DNA from: Cellvibrio sp.
GTDB lineage: Bacteria > Pseudomonadota > Gammaproteobacteria > Pseudomonadales > Cellvibrionaceae
Direction: 5' to 3'
Assembly (NCBI GenBank): GCA_035481425.1
Contig: DATIGS010000250.1
Location: 7,775 to 71,774, forward strand
DNA length: 64,000 bases
The notes beneath the pieces are model-generated. The model worked only from the letters and a program-made list of their open reading frames with translations. It was not told the DNA's origin and searched no databases. Both the position numbers and the translations under genes were made by a program. Of this stretch, positions 44,695-55,902 are shown piece after piece; within the stretch, counting starts at the first letter, position 1, and each line of letters begins with the position of its first letter.

Positions 44695-47600
44695 GTGAAT
44701 AGTCCATTGGTTAGCCAGCACAAACTCGTTGAATTTTTGGATGAATTTAACCATTACGCCGCGTCCAAACGGAAGGGCGCGGAGCTGGGGGCGCTTAAAT
44801 GTTTGGCGAAAAAGTTTTTTAACCATTACCCGCTGGAAGAGTTAGTCGGGCGACGCTGGAGTGATGTGTTCGGCAGCCTTTATCAATGGTGGCAATTCAT
44901 CCAGCAATATGATCCGCAACAACCCAAGATACGGTTGTTTAATCCCAGCCTTGCCGAAGATGGTTGGGTATGTCCGCACACTGCCCTGGTGGTGCTACAA
45001 AAAGATATGCCGTTCCTGGTCGACTCCATTCGCATTGAGCTAAACCGCCGCAACATCGCTATCTTCACCATCAAAAGCACAGTGCTCAACCTGGTGCGTG
45101 ATGCTCAACATCAATTGGTGGAATTGATTGAAGGTGACAACGGACATGCGGTGCAGCATGTGGCCGGGGTCAGAAGTAAAGAGGCGTTGATTGTGATGGA
45201 AATCAGTGCCCATACCGATCAGCAGGAATTGGCTGATATTTGTTTGAGCTTGAACAGCATTTTGGCGGAAGTGGAATGTGTAGTCGCCGACTACAAGCCA
45301 ATGTGCGCCGCCGCATTGGCGACGGAACAAAATCTCAACTTTGCCAATGAGGCGCTGACCGCGGCCAATATCCAGCAGACCAAAGCGTTCATGCATTGGC
45401 TAACGGAAGATAAATTTACGTTTCTCGGTTATGCCGAATACGAATTTAAAGAAATTGATGGCCAAAAAACGCTCTTTGAAATACCGGCCCGACGTTTGGG
45501 GGTATTTACCTTGCGCGATGGATCCAATAGCGCTTCGCTGGCCGTGGATCTGTTTAACGAAGGTATGGCGCGTTTCCATTTGGTGCCGCAAGTCATCACG
45601 TTTTCCAAGTCATCGGCGCGCGCGCGCGTACACCGCAATGCCTATTCCGATTATGTCATCGTCAAACGTTTTAATGCGCAGGGCGAAGTTATCGGTGAGG
45701 TGCGTTTCCTCGGGCTGTACACCTCGGTGGTGTATTTGATGAGCCCCAGCGAAATTCCACTTATCGCCACCAAAGTGGCCAATGTATTTGAGCGCACCGG
45801 CTTGGATAAAGACAGTCACGATGGAAAAAACTTTCGCCAGTTATTGGAAACGTTCCCGCGCAACGAATTATTTTTAAGCAGCAGCACCGAACTCTATGAA
45901 ATGCTGACGGGCATTGCGCAGATTAATGAGCGATCGATGGTGCGGTTGTTTATGCGGCGCGATCCGTTTGGGAAGTTTATTCACTTTCTGGTGTATGTAC
46001 CGCGCGATTATTTCACTACCAAAATTCGGCTGGCAATTCAGGAGTTAATCGGCAACGCCATTGGTTCGCATGAATCGCAATTCACCACGTATTTTTCCGA
46101 GTCCATTCTCGCTCGCGTGTATTTGGTATTCAAAATAGACAGCGCAGCCCCGGTGCAAGTTGATGTTGCGGCCTTGCAGGCTGGGATAGTAAACATCACC
46201 CGCTCTTGGGAGGACCATCTCTATTCCGCGCTACTGCAAGCGCACGGCGAAGAAGTGAGCGCGCAATTGCGCCATGAATATCGCGAAGCATTTTCGGCTG
46301 CCTATCAAGAGCAATATGACGCAGCTATGGCGGTGCAGGATATTTATTCTATTCATGAGCTGTCGGCAGAAGAAACACCTGCAGCCGATTCAGCGGCGAC
46401 AGAATTGGCTGGTCGCCAACGTATTGCACTGAGTATGTATCACTCGCCCGAAGATGATTCGGGTGAGTTTGTGCAATTTAAAATTTTTCACCGCGATTCG
46501 ATGTTGGCGTTGTCCGATGTTATTCCGGTACTGGAAAATTTGGGCTTTCGGGTGGTGAGCGAAAGCACCCACGATATCAATACCTCATCGGGAAATTGTT
46601 TTTGGCTGCATGATTTTAAACTTGCGCACCAGCTGACAAAAAATATTGATTTGGCGGTGCTCAAGGATAATTTCATCAGTGCCTTTGCGGCTATCTGGCA
46701 CGGTTTGGCGGACAGCGATGCATTTAATTCGCTGATTACTACGGCTGGTTTGGATTGGCGCGAAGTCGTCATGTTGCGCGCCTATTCCGGTTATATGCAT
46801 CAGACATTATTTCCATTCAGTGCCACTTATATGGCCGTCGCCCTGGCGAATCAGGCGGCGCTTACGCACAAGCTGGTTGAATTGTTTACGCTAAAGTTTG
46901 ATCCGGATTTGGTCGATGAAAAAACGCCGGAGCGCCTTGCGACCTTACAAGCAGATATTCTTGCGCGATTGGATTCCGTGCAAAACTTGAATGACGATCG
47001 CATCATTCGCCGCTTCCTTACATTGATCGACAATACATTGCGTACCAATTTTTATCAGCGTGATGCGCAGGGCAATATCAAGCCTTATCTATCTCTTAAA
47101 TTCTCGCCGCGCAAAATACCGGATATTCCGGCACCGCGTCCGCTGTTTGAAATTTTTGTCTATTCACCGCGTATGGAAGGGCTACATCTGCGTACCAGCA
47201 AAGTGGCGCGCGGCGGTTTGCGTTGGTCTGACCGGCTGCAAGATTATCGCACCGAGGTTTTGGGCCTGGTAAAAGCCCAGCAAGTAAAAAACGCGGTGAT
47301 TGTTCCCAGCGGCGCCAAGGGCGGTTTTGTCTGTAAAAAAATACCGCCGAATGCCAATCGCGAGCAACAATTGCAAGAGGGAATTGCGTGCTATCAATGG
47401 TTGATTCGCGGCCTGTTGGATATCACCGATAATTTCGTGGACGGCAGCATTTGCGGCCCAGAAAAAGTCGTGCGCTATGACGATGCCGACGCCTATTTGG
47501 TCGTAGCGGCTGATAAGGGTACTGCGAGTTTTTCTGATATCGCCAATGCGATTTCCGCTGAATATAAACACTGGCTTGGAGATGCCTTTGCTTCCGGTGG

Positions 47601-49704
47601 CAGCCAAGGGTACGACCATAAAGGAATGGGAATTACCGCGCGCGGTGCCTGGATTTCGGTGCAGCGCCATTTCCGTGAAAAAAATATTGATGTGCAACGC
47701 GAGCCGATTACGATACTGGGTATCGGCGATATGGCGGGCGATGTATTTGGCAATGGTATGTTGCTCTCGCAAGCTGTCATGCTGGTTGCCGCATTCAATC
47801 ACCAACATATTTTTATCGATCCCACACCTGACCCCGCGCGCAGTTTTTCCGAGCGGAAGCGCCTATTTACCACGCCGAAAACCACTTGGGATGATTACGA
47901 TAAGGCGTTGATTAGCGAAGGCGGCGGGGTATTTAATCGCAGTGCAAAATCGATTGTCATCACCGAGCAAATGCGCAAGTGTTTCGCGTTGGATGCGACC
48001 AGCCTTACGCCGACGGAATTTATTAATGCGCTGCTGAAATCGCCGGTGGATTTAATCTGGAACGGCGGTATTGGCACCTATGTGAAAGCCAGCACTGAGT
48101 CGCACGCCGATGTCGGCGATAAGGCCAACGATAGTTTGCGTGTGAACGGCGAAGAATTGCGCTGCAAGGTATTTGGTGAAGGCGGCAACCTGGGTATGAC
48201 CCAACGCGGGCGTATTGAATATTGTTTAAATGGCGGTGCCTGCAACACCGATTTTATAGACAATGCTGGCGGTGTCGATTGCTCGGACCATGAAGTCAAT
48301 ATCAAAATTTTATTAAATGAAATTGTCGCCAATGGTGATCTAACTCAAAAGCAACGCAATCAATTGTTAGTGGATATGACGGACAATGTTGCCCAACTGG
48401 TGCTGCATAATAGTTTGCGGCAAACCCAGGCGATCAGTATTGCCCAGTCGGATGCATTGCAGCGCAGCGCGGAATATCGCCGGTTTATGGCGGCATTACA
48501 AAAAGACGGACGATTGGACCGCAAGCTGGAATTCTTACCGACCGACGACGTTTTGCTTGAGCGGCAGACCCATGGCAAATCACTCACTCGGCCGGAATTG
48601 GCGATTTTAATTTCCTATGCGAAAGCAGTACTAAAAGAAGATCTGGCCGCAGCCAATATTGTCGATGATGAATACCTGACAAAATTTATCGAAACGGCAT
48701 TTCCGCACAAAATTGCACAGCTGTTCCCGCTGGCGCTACGCAACCATCGTTTAAGGCGGGAAATTGTTGCCACGCAAATCGCCAATGATATGGTTAACAC
48801 CATGGGCATCAGTTTTGCGCAACGCTTGATGGAATCGACCGGCGCCAGCGCAGGTGATGTGGCTAAGGCCTATGTGATTGCGCGGGATATTTATTCAATG
48901 CCTGAATTTTTAACCGCATTGGATGCGACCGGCACAAAAGTACCTGCCGATGTGCAGTTGCAACTGATCAAAATGATGATGCGCAAAATTCGCCGTGCCG
49001 CACGCTGGTTCCTACGCAATCGCCGCAGCTACTTGAATCCTGCCAGTGAAGTTGAATTGTTTGCGTCAGGAATGAAAACCATCAATGCCCAGTTGCCGAA
49101 TTTGTTGGTAGGCGATGCATTGGCGGAATGGCAAGAAACTGTACGGAAACTGCGCGAATATGGATTGTCTGAGGCGTTGGTGAGTTGTGTGGCACGCCCG
49201 GCAGATTTATATTCCGGATTGAGTGTTGTGGAAGCTGCGCGCATCGCTAACCAGAATATTGATCGGCTCGCTAAAATTTATTTTGCAGTGGGTAACTATT
49301 TGAGTTTGCCCTGGTTTTCGGCGCAAATTTCCAATTTGCCAGTCGATAATTTTTGGCAGGCCATGGCACGCGAAACTTATTTGGGTGATCTGGAATCGCA
49401 ATTGCGTAGTTTGAGTATCTCGCTCATTCGTTTTCACGATGACAAAATGCCCGTGGAGCAACTTATTCAACGCTGGAGCAATCAGCATCAATTATTAATC
49501 GCACGCTGGAAATCCATCGTGAATGAATTGCAGGCATTAAAAGGCACTGACTTTGCGATGGTCGCGGTCGCACTGCGCGATTTGTTGGACCTGGCGCAAG
49601 CCAGCCAGCATTGCGAAACGCTGGGTTGTGAAGGAGTGGACCGTGAAGGAATGAATTGTGAAGGACTGGATGGCAAAGTGGATGCAAGTCCGTTGGCAGA
49701 ATAA
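44695..49704 (+). CDS. gdhB: Large NAD-specific glutamate dehydrogenase
   Basis: ARGGLRWSDR, KAQQVKNAVIVP, VVAADKGTA, GYDHK, GDMAGDVFGNG, DCSDHEVNIKI; AGGAG before GTG 44695. Confidence 0.95.
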   Translation: MNSPLVSQHKLVEFLDEFNHYAASKRKGAELGALKCLAKKFFNHYPLEELVGRRWSDVFGSLYQWWQFIQQYDPQQPKIRLFNPSLAEDGWVCPHTALVVLQKDMPFLVDSIRIELNRRNIAIFTIKSTVLNLVRDAQHQLVELIEGDNGHAVQHVAGVRSKEALIVMEISAHTDQQELADICLSLNSILAEVECVVADYKPMCAAALATEQNLNFANEALTAANIQQTKAFMHWLTEDKFTFLGYAEYEFKEIDGQKTLFEIPARRLGVFTLRDGSNSASLAVDLFNEGMARFHLVPQVITFSKSSARARVHRNAYSDYVIVKRFNAQGEVIGEVRFLGLYTSVVYLMSPSEIPLIATKVANVFERTGLDKDSHDGKNFRQLLETFPRNELFLSSSTELYEMLTGIAQINERSMVRLFMRRDPFGKFIHFLVYVPRDYFTTKIRLAIQELIGNAIGSHESQFTTYFSESILARVYLVFKIDSAAPVQVDVAALQAGIVNITRSWEDHLYSALLQAHGEEVSAQLRHEYREAFSAAYQEQYDAAMAVQDIYSIHELSAEETPAADSAATELAGRQRIALSMYHSPEDDSGEFVQFKIFHRDSMLALSDVIPVLENLGFRVVSESTHDINTSSGNCFWLHDFKLAHQLTKNIDLAVLKDNFISAFAAIWHGLADSDAFNSLITTAGLDWREVVMLRAYSGYMHQTLFPFSATYMAVALANQAALTHKLVELFTLKFDPDLVDEKTPERLATLQADILARLDSVQNLNDDRIIRRFLTLIDNTLRTNFYQRDAQGNIKPYLSLKFSPRKIPDIPAPRPLFEIFVYSPRMEGLHLRTSKVARGGLRWSDRLQDYRTEVLGLVKAQQVKNAVIVPSGAKGGFVCKKIPPNANREQQLQEGIACYQWLIRGLLDITDNFVDGSICGPEKVVRYDDADAYLVVAADKGTASFSDIANAISAEYKHWLGDAFASGGSQGYDHKGMGITARGAWISVQRHFREKNIDVQREPITILGIGDMAGDVFGNGMLLSQAVMLVAAFNHQHIFIDPTPDPARSFSERKRLFTTPKTTWDDYDKALISEGGGVFNRSAKSIVITEQMRKCFALDATSLTPTEFINALLKSPVDLIWNGGIGTYVKASTESHADVGDKANDSLRVNGEELRCKVFGEGGNLGMTQRGRIEYCLNGGACNTDFIDNAGGVDCSDHEVNIKILLNEIVANGDLTQKQRNQLLVDMTDNVAQLVLHNSLRQTQAISIAQSDALQRSAEYRRFMAALQKDGRLDRKLEFLPTDDVLLERQTHGKSLTRPELAILISYAKAVLKEDLAAANIVDDEYLTKFIETAFPHKIAQLFPLALRNHRLRREIVATQIANDMVNTMGISFAQRLMESTGASAGDVAKAYVIARDIYSMPEFLTALDATGTKVPADVQLQLIKMMMRKIRRAARWFLRNRRSYLNPASEVELFASGMKTINAQLPNLLVGDALAEWQETVRKLREYGLSEALVSCVARPADLYSGLSVVEAARIANQNIDRLAKIYFAVGNYLSLPWFSAQISNLPVDNFWQAMARETYLGDLESQLRSLSISLIRFHDDKMPVEQLIQRWSNQHQLLIARWKSIVNELQALKGTDFAMVAVALRDLLDLAQASQHCETLGCEGVDREGMNCEGLDGKVDASPLAE

Positions 49705-49706
49705 AT

Positions 49707-49946
49707 TTGAAAAGAGATTATTTTTTGAAAAACATTATTGTAAACCTGTCTATTTCCGCTGAAGAATTTCAACGATTGTATGAGGGCAGTGCCAAGACAG
49801 TCTTTGCCCGCAGTATCGACGGGCGCAGTATCCGTTTTCCGGCGGGGATTCTGCGCCCGTTTGTATTGCACAGCGGTATTCGCGGCACCTTTCAAATCGA
49901 TTTTGATGAGGATAATCGCTTCCAATCCATACAGCGATTGGGCTGA
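49707..49946 (+). CDS. DUF2835 family protein
   Basis: LYEGSAKTV...[16 protein letters not shown]...GIRGTF. Confidence 0.8.
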   Translation: MKRDYFLKNIIVNLSISAEEFQRLYEGSAKTVFARSIDGRSIRFPAGILRPFVLHSGIRGTFQIDFDEDNRFQSIQRLG

Positions 49947-50041
49947 CAAAAGGGCAAGGTTTGGGGTGCGTTGAACCTGCTAATCCAGTATCCTTGCGAC
50001 CTTCTTTATTGTTACTCCCAGATAAGGACCAAGAGCCTGTT

Positions 50042-51070
50042 ATGTACCAATACATCCGTGATCTTTTATTCCGCCTAGACACCGAAACTTCCCATGAACT
50101 GAGTCTGGATACGTTAGGCGCCGCTGAGCGTTTACGCATGTTGGGGTTATTTGCTCCCGCTGTGCCAAGCGCACCACAAGAGGTGATGGGGTTGAGGTTC
50201 GATAATCCCGTCGGCTTGGCAGCAGGGCTGGATAAAAATGGCGACTATTTCAATGCGCTGGGTGCCTTGGGCTTCGGGTTTGTTGAGATTGGTACTATCA
50301 CCCCGCGTCCGCAACCGGGCAATCCGCAGCCACGTTTGTTCCGCATTCCTGAAGCGCAAGCGATCATTAATCGCATGGGTTTTAACAACAAGGGTGTAGA
50401 CCATTTGGTGGCGCAGGTTAAAAACCGCCGCTACAAGGGTGTTCTGGGAATCAATATCGGCAAAAACGCGACTACGCCGGTGGAAAATGCAGTCGATGAC
50501 TATTTGATCTGCCTGCGCAAAGTCTATGACTATGCGGATTACATCACCGTGAATATTTCATCGCCCAATACCCCGGGCCTGCGCAACCTGCAGTTCGGTG
50601 ATTCGCTGTCACAGTTATTGGCACCGCTGAAAAAAGAGCAGGGCATATTGCAACAAGCTACCGGGCGTTATGTGCCTATTGCGGTAAAAATCGCTCCTGA
50701 TATGGACGAAAGCGAAATTAACCAGGTTGCCGGCATTCTGTTGCAGGAAGGCATGGATGGGGTTATTGCCACTAACACCACTATCAGCCGCGTGGGTGTA
50801 GAGGGTTATGAGAATGGCAGCGAAGCAGGTGGCCTGAGTGGTTTGCCGGTGCGCGACAAGAGCACCTATGTGATTAAAACCCTAAATTCCAGCCTGGGTG
50901 GAAAATTGCCAATCATTGGTGTTGGCGGAATATTTGATGGAGCCAGCGCTGCGGATAAAATCCGTGCCGGCGCCAGCCTGGTTCAGGTCTATAGCGGGTT
51001 TATCTACGAAGGCCCCAGTGTGATCAGCCGGGCAGCAGCGGGGATCGAGAGTTATCGCAAAGGCTTGTAA
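50042..51070 (+). CDS. pyrD: Quinone-dependent dihydroorotate dehydrogenase
   Basis: [37 protein letters not shown]. Confidence 0.96.
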   Translation: MYQYIRDLLFRLDTETSHELSLDTLGAAERLRMLGLFAPAVPSAPQEVMGLRFDNPVGLAAGLDKNGDYFNALGALGFGFVEIGTITPRPQPGNPQPRLFRIPEAQAIINRMGFNNKGVDHLVAQVKNRRYKGVLGINIGKNATTPVENAVDDYLICLRKVYDYADYITVNISSPNTPGLRNLQFGDSLSQLLAPLKKEQGILQQATGRYVPIAVKIAPDMDESEINQVAGILLQEGMDGVIATNTTISRVGVEGYENGSEAGGLSGLPVRDKSTYVIKTLNSSLGGKLPIIGVGGIFDGASAADKIRAGASLVQVYSGFIYEGPSVISRAAAGIESYRKGL

Positions 51071-51091
51071 AAACCGGGTCACCAAATAGCG

Positions 51092-51112
51092 AAGCCCGCA
51101 TTAGCGGGCTTA
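51092..51112. terminator. Hairpin between convergent pyrD and rmf
   Basis: AAGCCCGC-atta-GCGGGCTT. Confidence 0.6.
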
Positions 51113-51164
51113 TAGAATCAAAAATGATTTAGGGCAAAAAAATTCTGTTGGTCTTGCGTTGAAG

Positions 51165-51389
51165 TTAGCCGCTCATGGTCATGGGCTGGATGTTGCTTAC
51201 TTTTTGAACCTGTGCCAAACGACTATAGCCGTCCCACTGATCAATGCGCGATTCGCGCCAGCCATTTAGCCATTGCTGGCGAGCCTGGCCGGTCTCATGG
51301 GGACAAAGGCTTTTCGAACGCCCATCAATACCTGCTTGATACCCTTTAACAAATGCGCGTTCTGTTTGGTCACGTTTTTGACGTTTCAT
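51165..51389 (-). CDS. rmf: Ribosome modulation factor
   Basis: MKRQKRD...RAFVKGYQAGIDGRS...CP...WLNGWRE. Confidence 0.95.
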   Translation of the reverse strand: MKRQKRDQTERAFVKGYQAGIDGRSKSLCPHETGQARQQWLNGWRESRIDQWDGYSRLAQVQKVSNIQPMTMSG

Positions 51390-51697
51390 CAGTTAATGCA
51401 CCTCTATATTGTGGTTTATCGATAACAAATGGTTTATCGACGTAAGCGGTTTTGCACGTGCTGTTTGACTGGTTTTTGTATTCTCCTTGATCGGCCGTTG
51501 GGGGGATGGGTAGTGAAGCAGTTCAGCGAGTACACCAGATTTAGCCGGTGTCGTGAACGATTAAATTTTTATACATAAGCCGTTCTATATGGCTTAACGG
51601 CCTAGCAAATATATTTGACAACTTCGTGACAAACACCTTTGTTTAGTCAAACGCCACTTTGAAAAGTTCATTCTGGAAAGTCGATTTGGAAAGCTTA

Positions 51698-53953
51698 ATG
51701 ACGCATCAATTTTTTGCCACCTGCCCGAAAGGTTTGGAAGGCCTGCTTTATACCGAACTGCAAACCCTTGGCGCACAAGACTTGCGCGAGACGGTTGCGG
51801 GTATCTACTTCTCGGGCGATATCACCATGGCCTACCGGGTCTGCCTCTGGTCGCGTTTGGCAAACAAAGTGCTCTTGCCGATGGCCAGTTTTGAAGCCAA
51901 TAGCCAGGAAGAGCTGTACGACGGTGTGCGCGAATTGCGCTGGGAGGAGCACCTGAGCCCGAATGGCAGTTTATTGGTGGACTTTATCGGTACCAACGAC
52001 GCGATTCGCAATACCCAGTTCGGCGCTGTGAAAGTGAAAGATGCCATTGTGGATTGCCTGCGTGATTTCAGCGGCGAGCGTCCCTCGATCGCCAAGCGCG
52101 ACCCCGACTTACGTGTGAATGTGCGTTTGGCCAAAAATAAAGTGATTGTGAGTATCGATCTCTCGGGCGATAGCCTGCATCGTCGCGGCTATCGTGTGAA
52201 GCAGGGCAGTGCGCCCATGAAAGAAAACCTCGCTGCGGGGATTTTGATCCGTGCCGGTTGGCCAGAGATGGCGGCGCAGGGTGGAGCATTGCTCGACCCT
52301 ATGTGCGGTTCAGGAACTATCTTGATTGAAGCCGCATTAATCGCCGCCGATATAGCGCCTGGCTTGATGCGCGGCAGCTTCGGTTTTGAGCGCTGGCTCA
52401 ACCATCGCAATGATATCTGGCTGGAGTTACGCGAAGAGGCATTCGCGCGGAAAAAAGCCGGCCTCGCGCGCGAAAACCTGCCGGAAATTCGCGGTTACGA
52501 TGCTGATGTGAATGTGATCCGCGCGGCGGAAGACAATATCACCAGCGCCGAGCTGGATCACTGGTTGCGGGTCAGCCGCAAAGAATTAAAAGACTTCGTC
52601 AAGCCCACCCATAAAGCGATGGATTTCGGTATCGTCATTAGCAACCCGCCGTACGGCGAACGCCTGGGTGAAATTGAATCGTTGAAATTATTGTATGCCC
52701 ACATGGGCGAACGCTTGCGTAACGAATTTCAGGGTTGGCGCGCAGCCGTCTTTACGGGCAATCCGGAACTCGGCAAACAAATGGGTCTGCGTGCGGATAA
52801 AAAATACAAATTTTTTAACGGCACGATTCCAAGCGAATTGTTGCTGTTTAGTATCAGTAGTGATGCGTTTGTGCAGAGCCGTGTTGAACAGGATGCACGT
52901 TTCAGTAAAGATGCTGATGAGCGTAGAGAAGCAGAGCAGCGCGTAAAAATCGAAAATAAAAAAGAACAGGAAGCGGCACTGTCAAATGGAGCGCAGATGC
53001 TGGTTAATCGTCTGCAAAAAAATCTTAAACAATTGGAAAAGTGGGCGAAGAAAAACGAGATCAGTTGTTATCGCTTATATGACGCGGACATGCCGGAATA
53101 TTCCGCAGCGATCGATATTTATCGCGGCCAGACCCAACCTAATCGTGCACCGCAGCTCTATGCCCATGTGCAGGAATATGCCGCACCGAAATCGGTTGAT
53201 GAGGACAAGGCCGCGGCGCGTTTTGTGGAAATCGAGCAAGCGGTTCCCTTTGTATTGGATATCCCCGATTCCCATATCAGTTACAAACAGCGTCGTCGCA
53301 ATAAAGGCAGCAGTCAATATGAAAAGCTAAATGAGCGTCCGACGGGCGATTTGTTTAGCGTGCAAGAAGGGCAAGCCAAGCTGCATATCAATATGTGGCA
53401 ATATCTGGATACAGGTTTGTTTTTGGATCACCGCCCGGTACGTTTGATGATTGCCGATCTCGCTAAAGACAAGCGTTTTTTAAACCTGTTTTGCTACACC
53501 GCCACTGCCAGCGTGCATGCGGCTATGGCGGGCGCGCGTTATACCGTCAGCGTGGATATGTCCAACACCTATTTAAATTGGGCGCGTAAAAATTATGCGC
53601 TCAATGGTTTGAGTGAATCGCGCAATCGTTTGCAACAGGCAGATTGTTTGAAATGGCTGGAAAATAATGATCAGCAATTTGACCTGATTTTGCTCGATCC
53701 GCCCAGCTTTTCTAACTCCAAACGTATGGAGGATGTGCTTGATGTGCAGCGCGATCATGTTCAAATGATCAATCATGCCATGCGCGCTTTGGCAGAAGGT
53801 GGGACGTTAATCTTCTCCAATAATTTACGCACATTTAAGTTGGACGCGGAAGCGCTAAGTGCATACACCATAAAAGAAATCAGCGCTAAAACGATTGATG
53901 AAGATTTCAAACGCAATCCGAAAATTCATCAATGTTGGTTGATCGCACACTAA
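51698..53953 (+). CDS. rlmKL: Bifunctional 23S rRNA G2445/G2069 methyltransferase
   Basis: SLHRRGYR, DPMCGSGT, SNPPYGERL, YRLYDADMPEY, DTGLFLDHR, LDPPSFSNSK. Confidence 0.96.
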   Translation: MTHQFFATCPKGLEGLLYTELQTLGAQDLRETVAGIYFSGDITMAYRVCLWSRLANKVLLPMASFEANSQEELYDGVRELRWEEHLSPNGSLLVDFIGTNDAIRNTQFGAVKVKDAIVDCLRDFSGERPSIAKRDPDLRVNVRLAKNKVIVSIDLSGDSLHRRGYRVKQGSAPMKENLAAGILIRAGWPEMAAQGGALLDPMCGSGTILIEAALIAADIAPGLMRGSFGFERWLNHRNDIWLELREEAFARKKAGLARENLPEIRGYDADVNVIRAAEDNITSAELDHWLRVSRKELKDFVKPTHKAMDFGIVISNPPYGERLGEIESLKLLYAHMGERLRNEFQGWRAAVFTGNPELGKQMGLRADKKYKFFNGTIPSELLLFSISSDAFVQSRVEQDARFSKDADERREAEQRVKIENKKEQEAALSNGAQMLVNRLQKNLKQLEKWAKKNEISCYRLYDADMPEYSAAIDIYRGQTQPNRAPQLYAHVQEYAAPKSVDEDKAAARFVEIEQAVPFVLDIPDSHISYKQRRRNKGSSQYEKLNERPTGDLFSVQEGQAKLHINMWQYLDTGLFLDHRPVRLMIADLAKDKRFLNLFCYTATASVHAAMAGARYTVSVDMSNTYLNWARKNYALNGLSESRNRLQQADCLKWLENNDQQFDLILLDPPSFSNSKRMEDVLDVQRDHVQMINHAMRALAEGGTLIFSNNLRTFKLDAEALSAYTIKEISAKTIDEDFKRNPKIHQCWLIAH

Positions 53954-53971
53954 ACTATTAAGGTCGCCGCT

Positions 53972-54826
53972 ATGTGCTACGCTCGTTTCAGTATTGGCAT
54001 TCTGTGTTTACTGGCAGCGAGCGCAAAAGCGGATCAATTTTGTTTTGCTCTGGCTGAAAGCTATTACGAGCAAGTCTACTGCCAGCTACAAGCAAAAGCG
54101 CAAACGAAAAACTTACCGCCTTTTAATCAATTCAAGAAAAATAATGAGCAAGTGCAGTTTTCTTTATTGAAGCGACCTGCTGAACGCAATGCGATTAAAT
54201 TGCCTATGCCCACCAAAATTGGGCTTGCGAAAACAACAGTGGAAATAATGCCGGCTGCCCCGGTGGTTAAAAAAAATCCTGCCCCTTATGCTGTTCAAAC
54301 CAAGGCAATGCCTGCAGGGAAACCTGAAACAAAAAACCAATCGACAAACCCGAAACAAGCTACCGACAGCAATTCGGGGTGTGAAATCATTGGCAACCAA
54401 CTGAGCTGTCCAACGGGCAATTTTACATTGTTGGGTAATAAGGCGAACCATCGACTGGCGGCGACAGCATTGTCGGCGGAAAACAAAATGGGATTGCCGT
54501 CTTACCAACAGGGCGCACTGAATCAATATCTTACACAGGCCTATCGCCAGTACATCACCAAGATGGATGAGATAGGGCTGGGCGGTGTCACCATGACTTA
54601 CCGAAAATTTGCGTATCTTTATTCGGATTTACAGAGCAAGGGTTTGGATTTTTCCCAGCGTTTTGAAACCATGTATGGCTTCTTGAAAAAAGATAAAGCG
54701 ACTATGGGCGTGAGTGAGTCAACGCGTGTACCGCAAGGGCTCGCCGCAGATGATTGCAGCGCGTTGGACGAACGCTTTTATGTGTGCGATCTGCAAGGCA
54801 GGAATTATATTTTTGCAGCGCCCTAA
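53972..54826 (+). CDS. Secreted hypothetical protein
   Basis: Signal-like N-terminus, Cys pairs, Pro/Lys/Thr-rich linker. Confidence 0.75.
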   Translation: MCYARFSIGILCLLAASAKADQFCFALAESYYEQVYCQLQAKAQTKNLPPFNQFKKNNEQVQFSLLKRPAERNAIKLPMPTKIGLAKTTVEIMPAAPVVKKNPAPYAVQTKAMPAGKPETKNQSTNPKQATDSNSGCEIIGNQLSCPTGNFTLLGNKANHRLAATALSAENKMGLPSYQQGALNQYLTQAYRQYITKMDEIGLGGVTMTYRKFAYLYSDLQSKGLDFSQRFETMYGFLKKDKATMGVSESTRVPQGLAADDCSALDERFYVCDLQGRNYIFAAP

Positions 54827-54885
54827 CAAAATTACGCAATATGAGTCTATAGCTCATTGCCTTAACCATCTTTAGTGAGGCCATT

Positions 54886-55893
54886 ATGCTTATTAAACGA
54901 CCCAACGATATTCCCTCCTCAGAAATAACCCCTGAATCTGTTTATTTGGCTCGTCGCGAGTTTATGCGCGGTACGCTTGGCGCCGCTGCTTTGGGTTTGG
55001 GGACGACCGTTGCACCTGAATTGTTGGCTGCGCCAGAACACATTGCTGACAAAGACTTGCCTGGGCCTGATTGGTTAAAGCAGCAAATTGCGGGCGCTAA
55101 AGCCAACCAGGAAAAAATCAGTGAATCACTCACACCTTATGAGCATGTCACTGGCTATAACAATTTTTACGAATACGGCTACGATAAAACCGATCCTGCA
55201 GCGCATTCGCACATCTTGAAACCCCATCCATGGAAAGTCGAAATCGCAGGTGAGGTGGCCAAGCCGGGCTCTTATACATTGGAGGATTTATTAAAGGGAG
55301 TGACCTTGGAAGAGCGCGTTTATCGGTTGCGCTGTGTAGAGGCCTGGTCGATGGTAGTTCCCTGGGTCGGTTTTTCGCTCGCCGATTTAATCAAACGATT
55401 TGAGCCTAACAGCAAAGCAAAATATGTGGCTTTCACCACGCTTGAACGCCCGTCTGAAATGCCGGAACAAAAAAGCCGGTTTAGTACTATTGATTGGCCA
55501 TATCGCGAAGGTCTGCGTATGGATGAGGCTATGAATCCATTAACGACATTAGCTGTTGGTCTTTACGGCAAAGTATTGCCCAATCAAAATGGTGCACCTT
55601 TACGCTTGGTAGTGCCTTGGAAATACGGTTTTAAATACATCAAGTCCATCGTAAAAATTGAATTCACCGAGAAGCAACCGAAAACATCCTGGAGCATGAT
55701 TGCTCCTGATGAGTACGGCTTCTACGCCAATGTAAATCCGCAAGTCAGTCATCCGCGCTGGAGTCAGGCAGAGGAGCGACGGCTACCGAGTGGGTTATTA
55801 CGTCCGAATATTATTCCCACGCAATTATTTAATGGCTACGCTGAGCAAGTTGCGCATCTTTATAAAGATATGGATTTACGTAAATTCTATTAA
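54886..55893 (+). CDS. msrP: Periplasmic methionine sulfoxide reductase catalytic subunit
   Basis: SEITPE, twin-Arg [41 protein letters not shown]. Confidence 0.95.
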   Translation: MLIKRPNDIPSSEITPESVYLARREFMRGTLGAAALGLGTTVAPELLAAPEHIADKDLPGPDWLKQQIAGAKANQEKISESLTPYEHVTGYNNFYEYGYDKTDPAAHSHILKPHPWKVEIAGEVAKPGSYTLEDLLKGVTLEERVYRLRCVEAWSMVVPWVGFSLADLIKRFEPNSKAKYVAFTTLERPSEMPEQKSRFSTIDWPYREGLRMDEAMNPLTTLAVGLYGKVLPNQNGAPLRLVVPWKYGFKYIKSIVKIEFTEKQPKTSWSMIAPDEYGFYANVNPQVSHPRWSQAEERRLPSGLLRPNIIPTQLFNGYAEQVAHLYKDMDLRKFY

Positions 55894-55902
55894 GGGTGTG
55901 AT

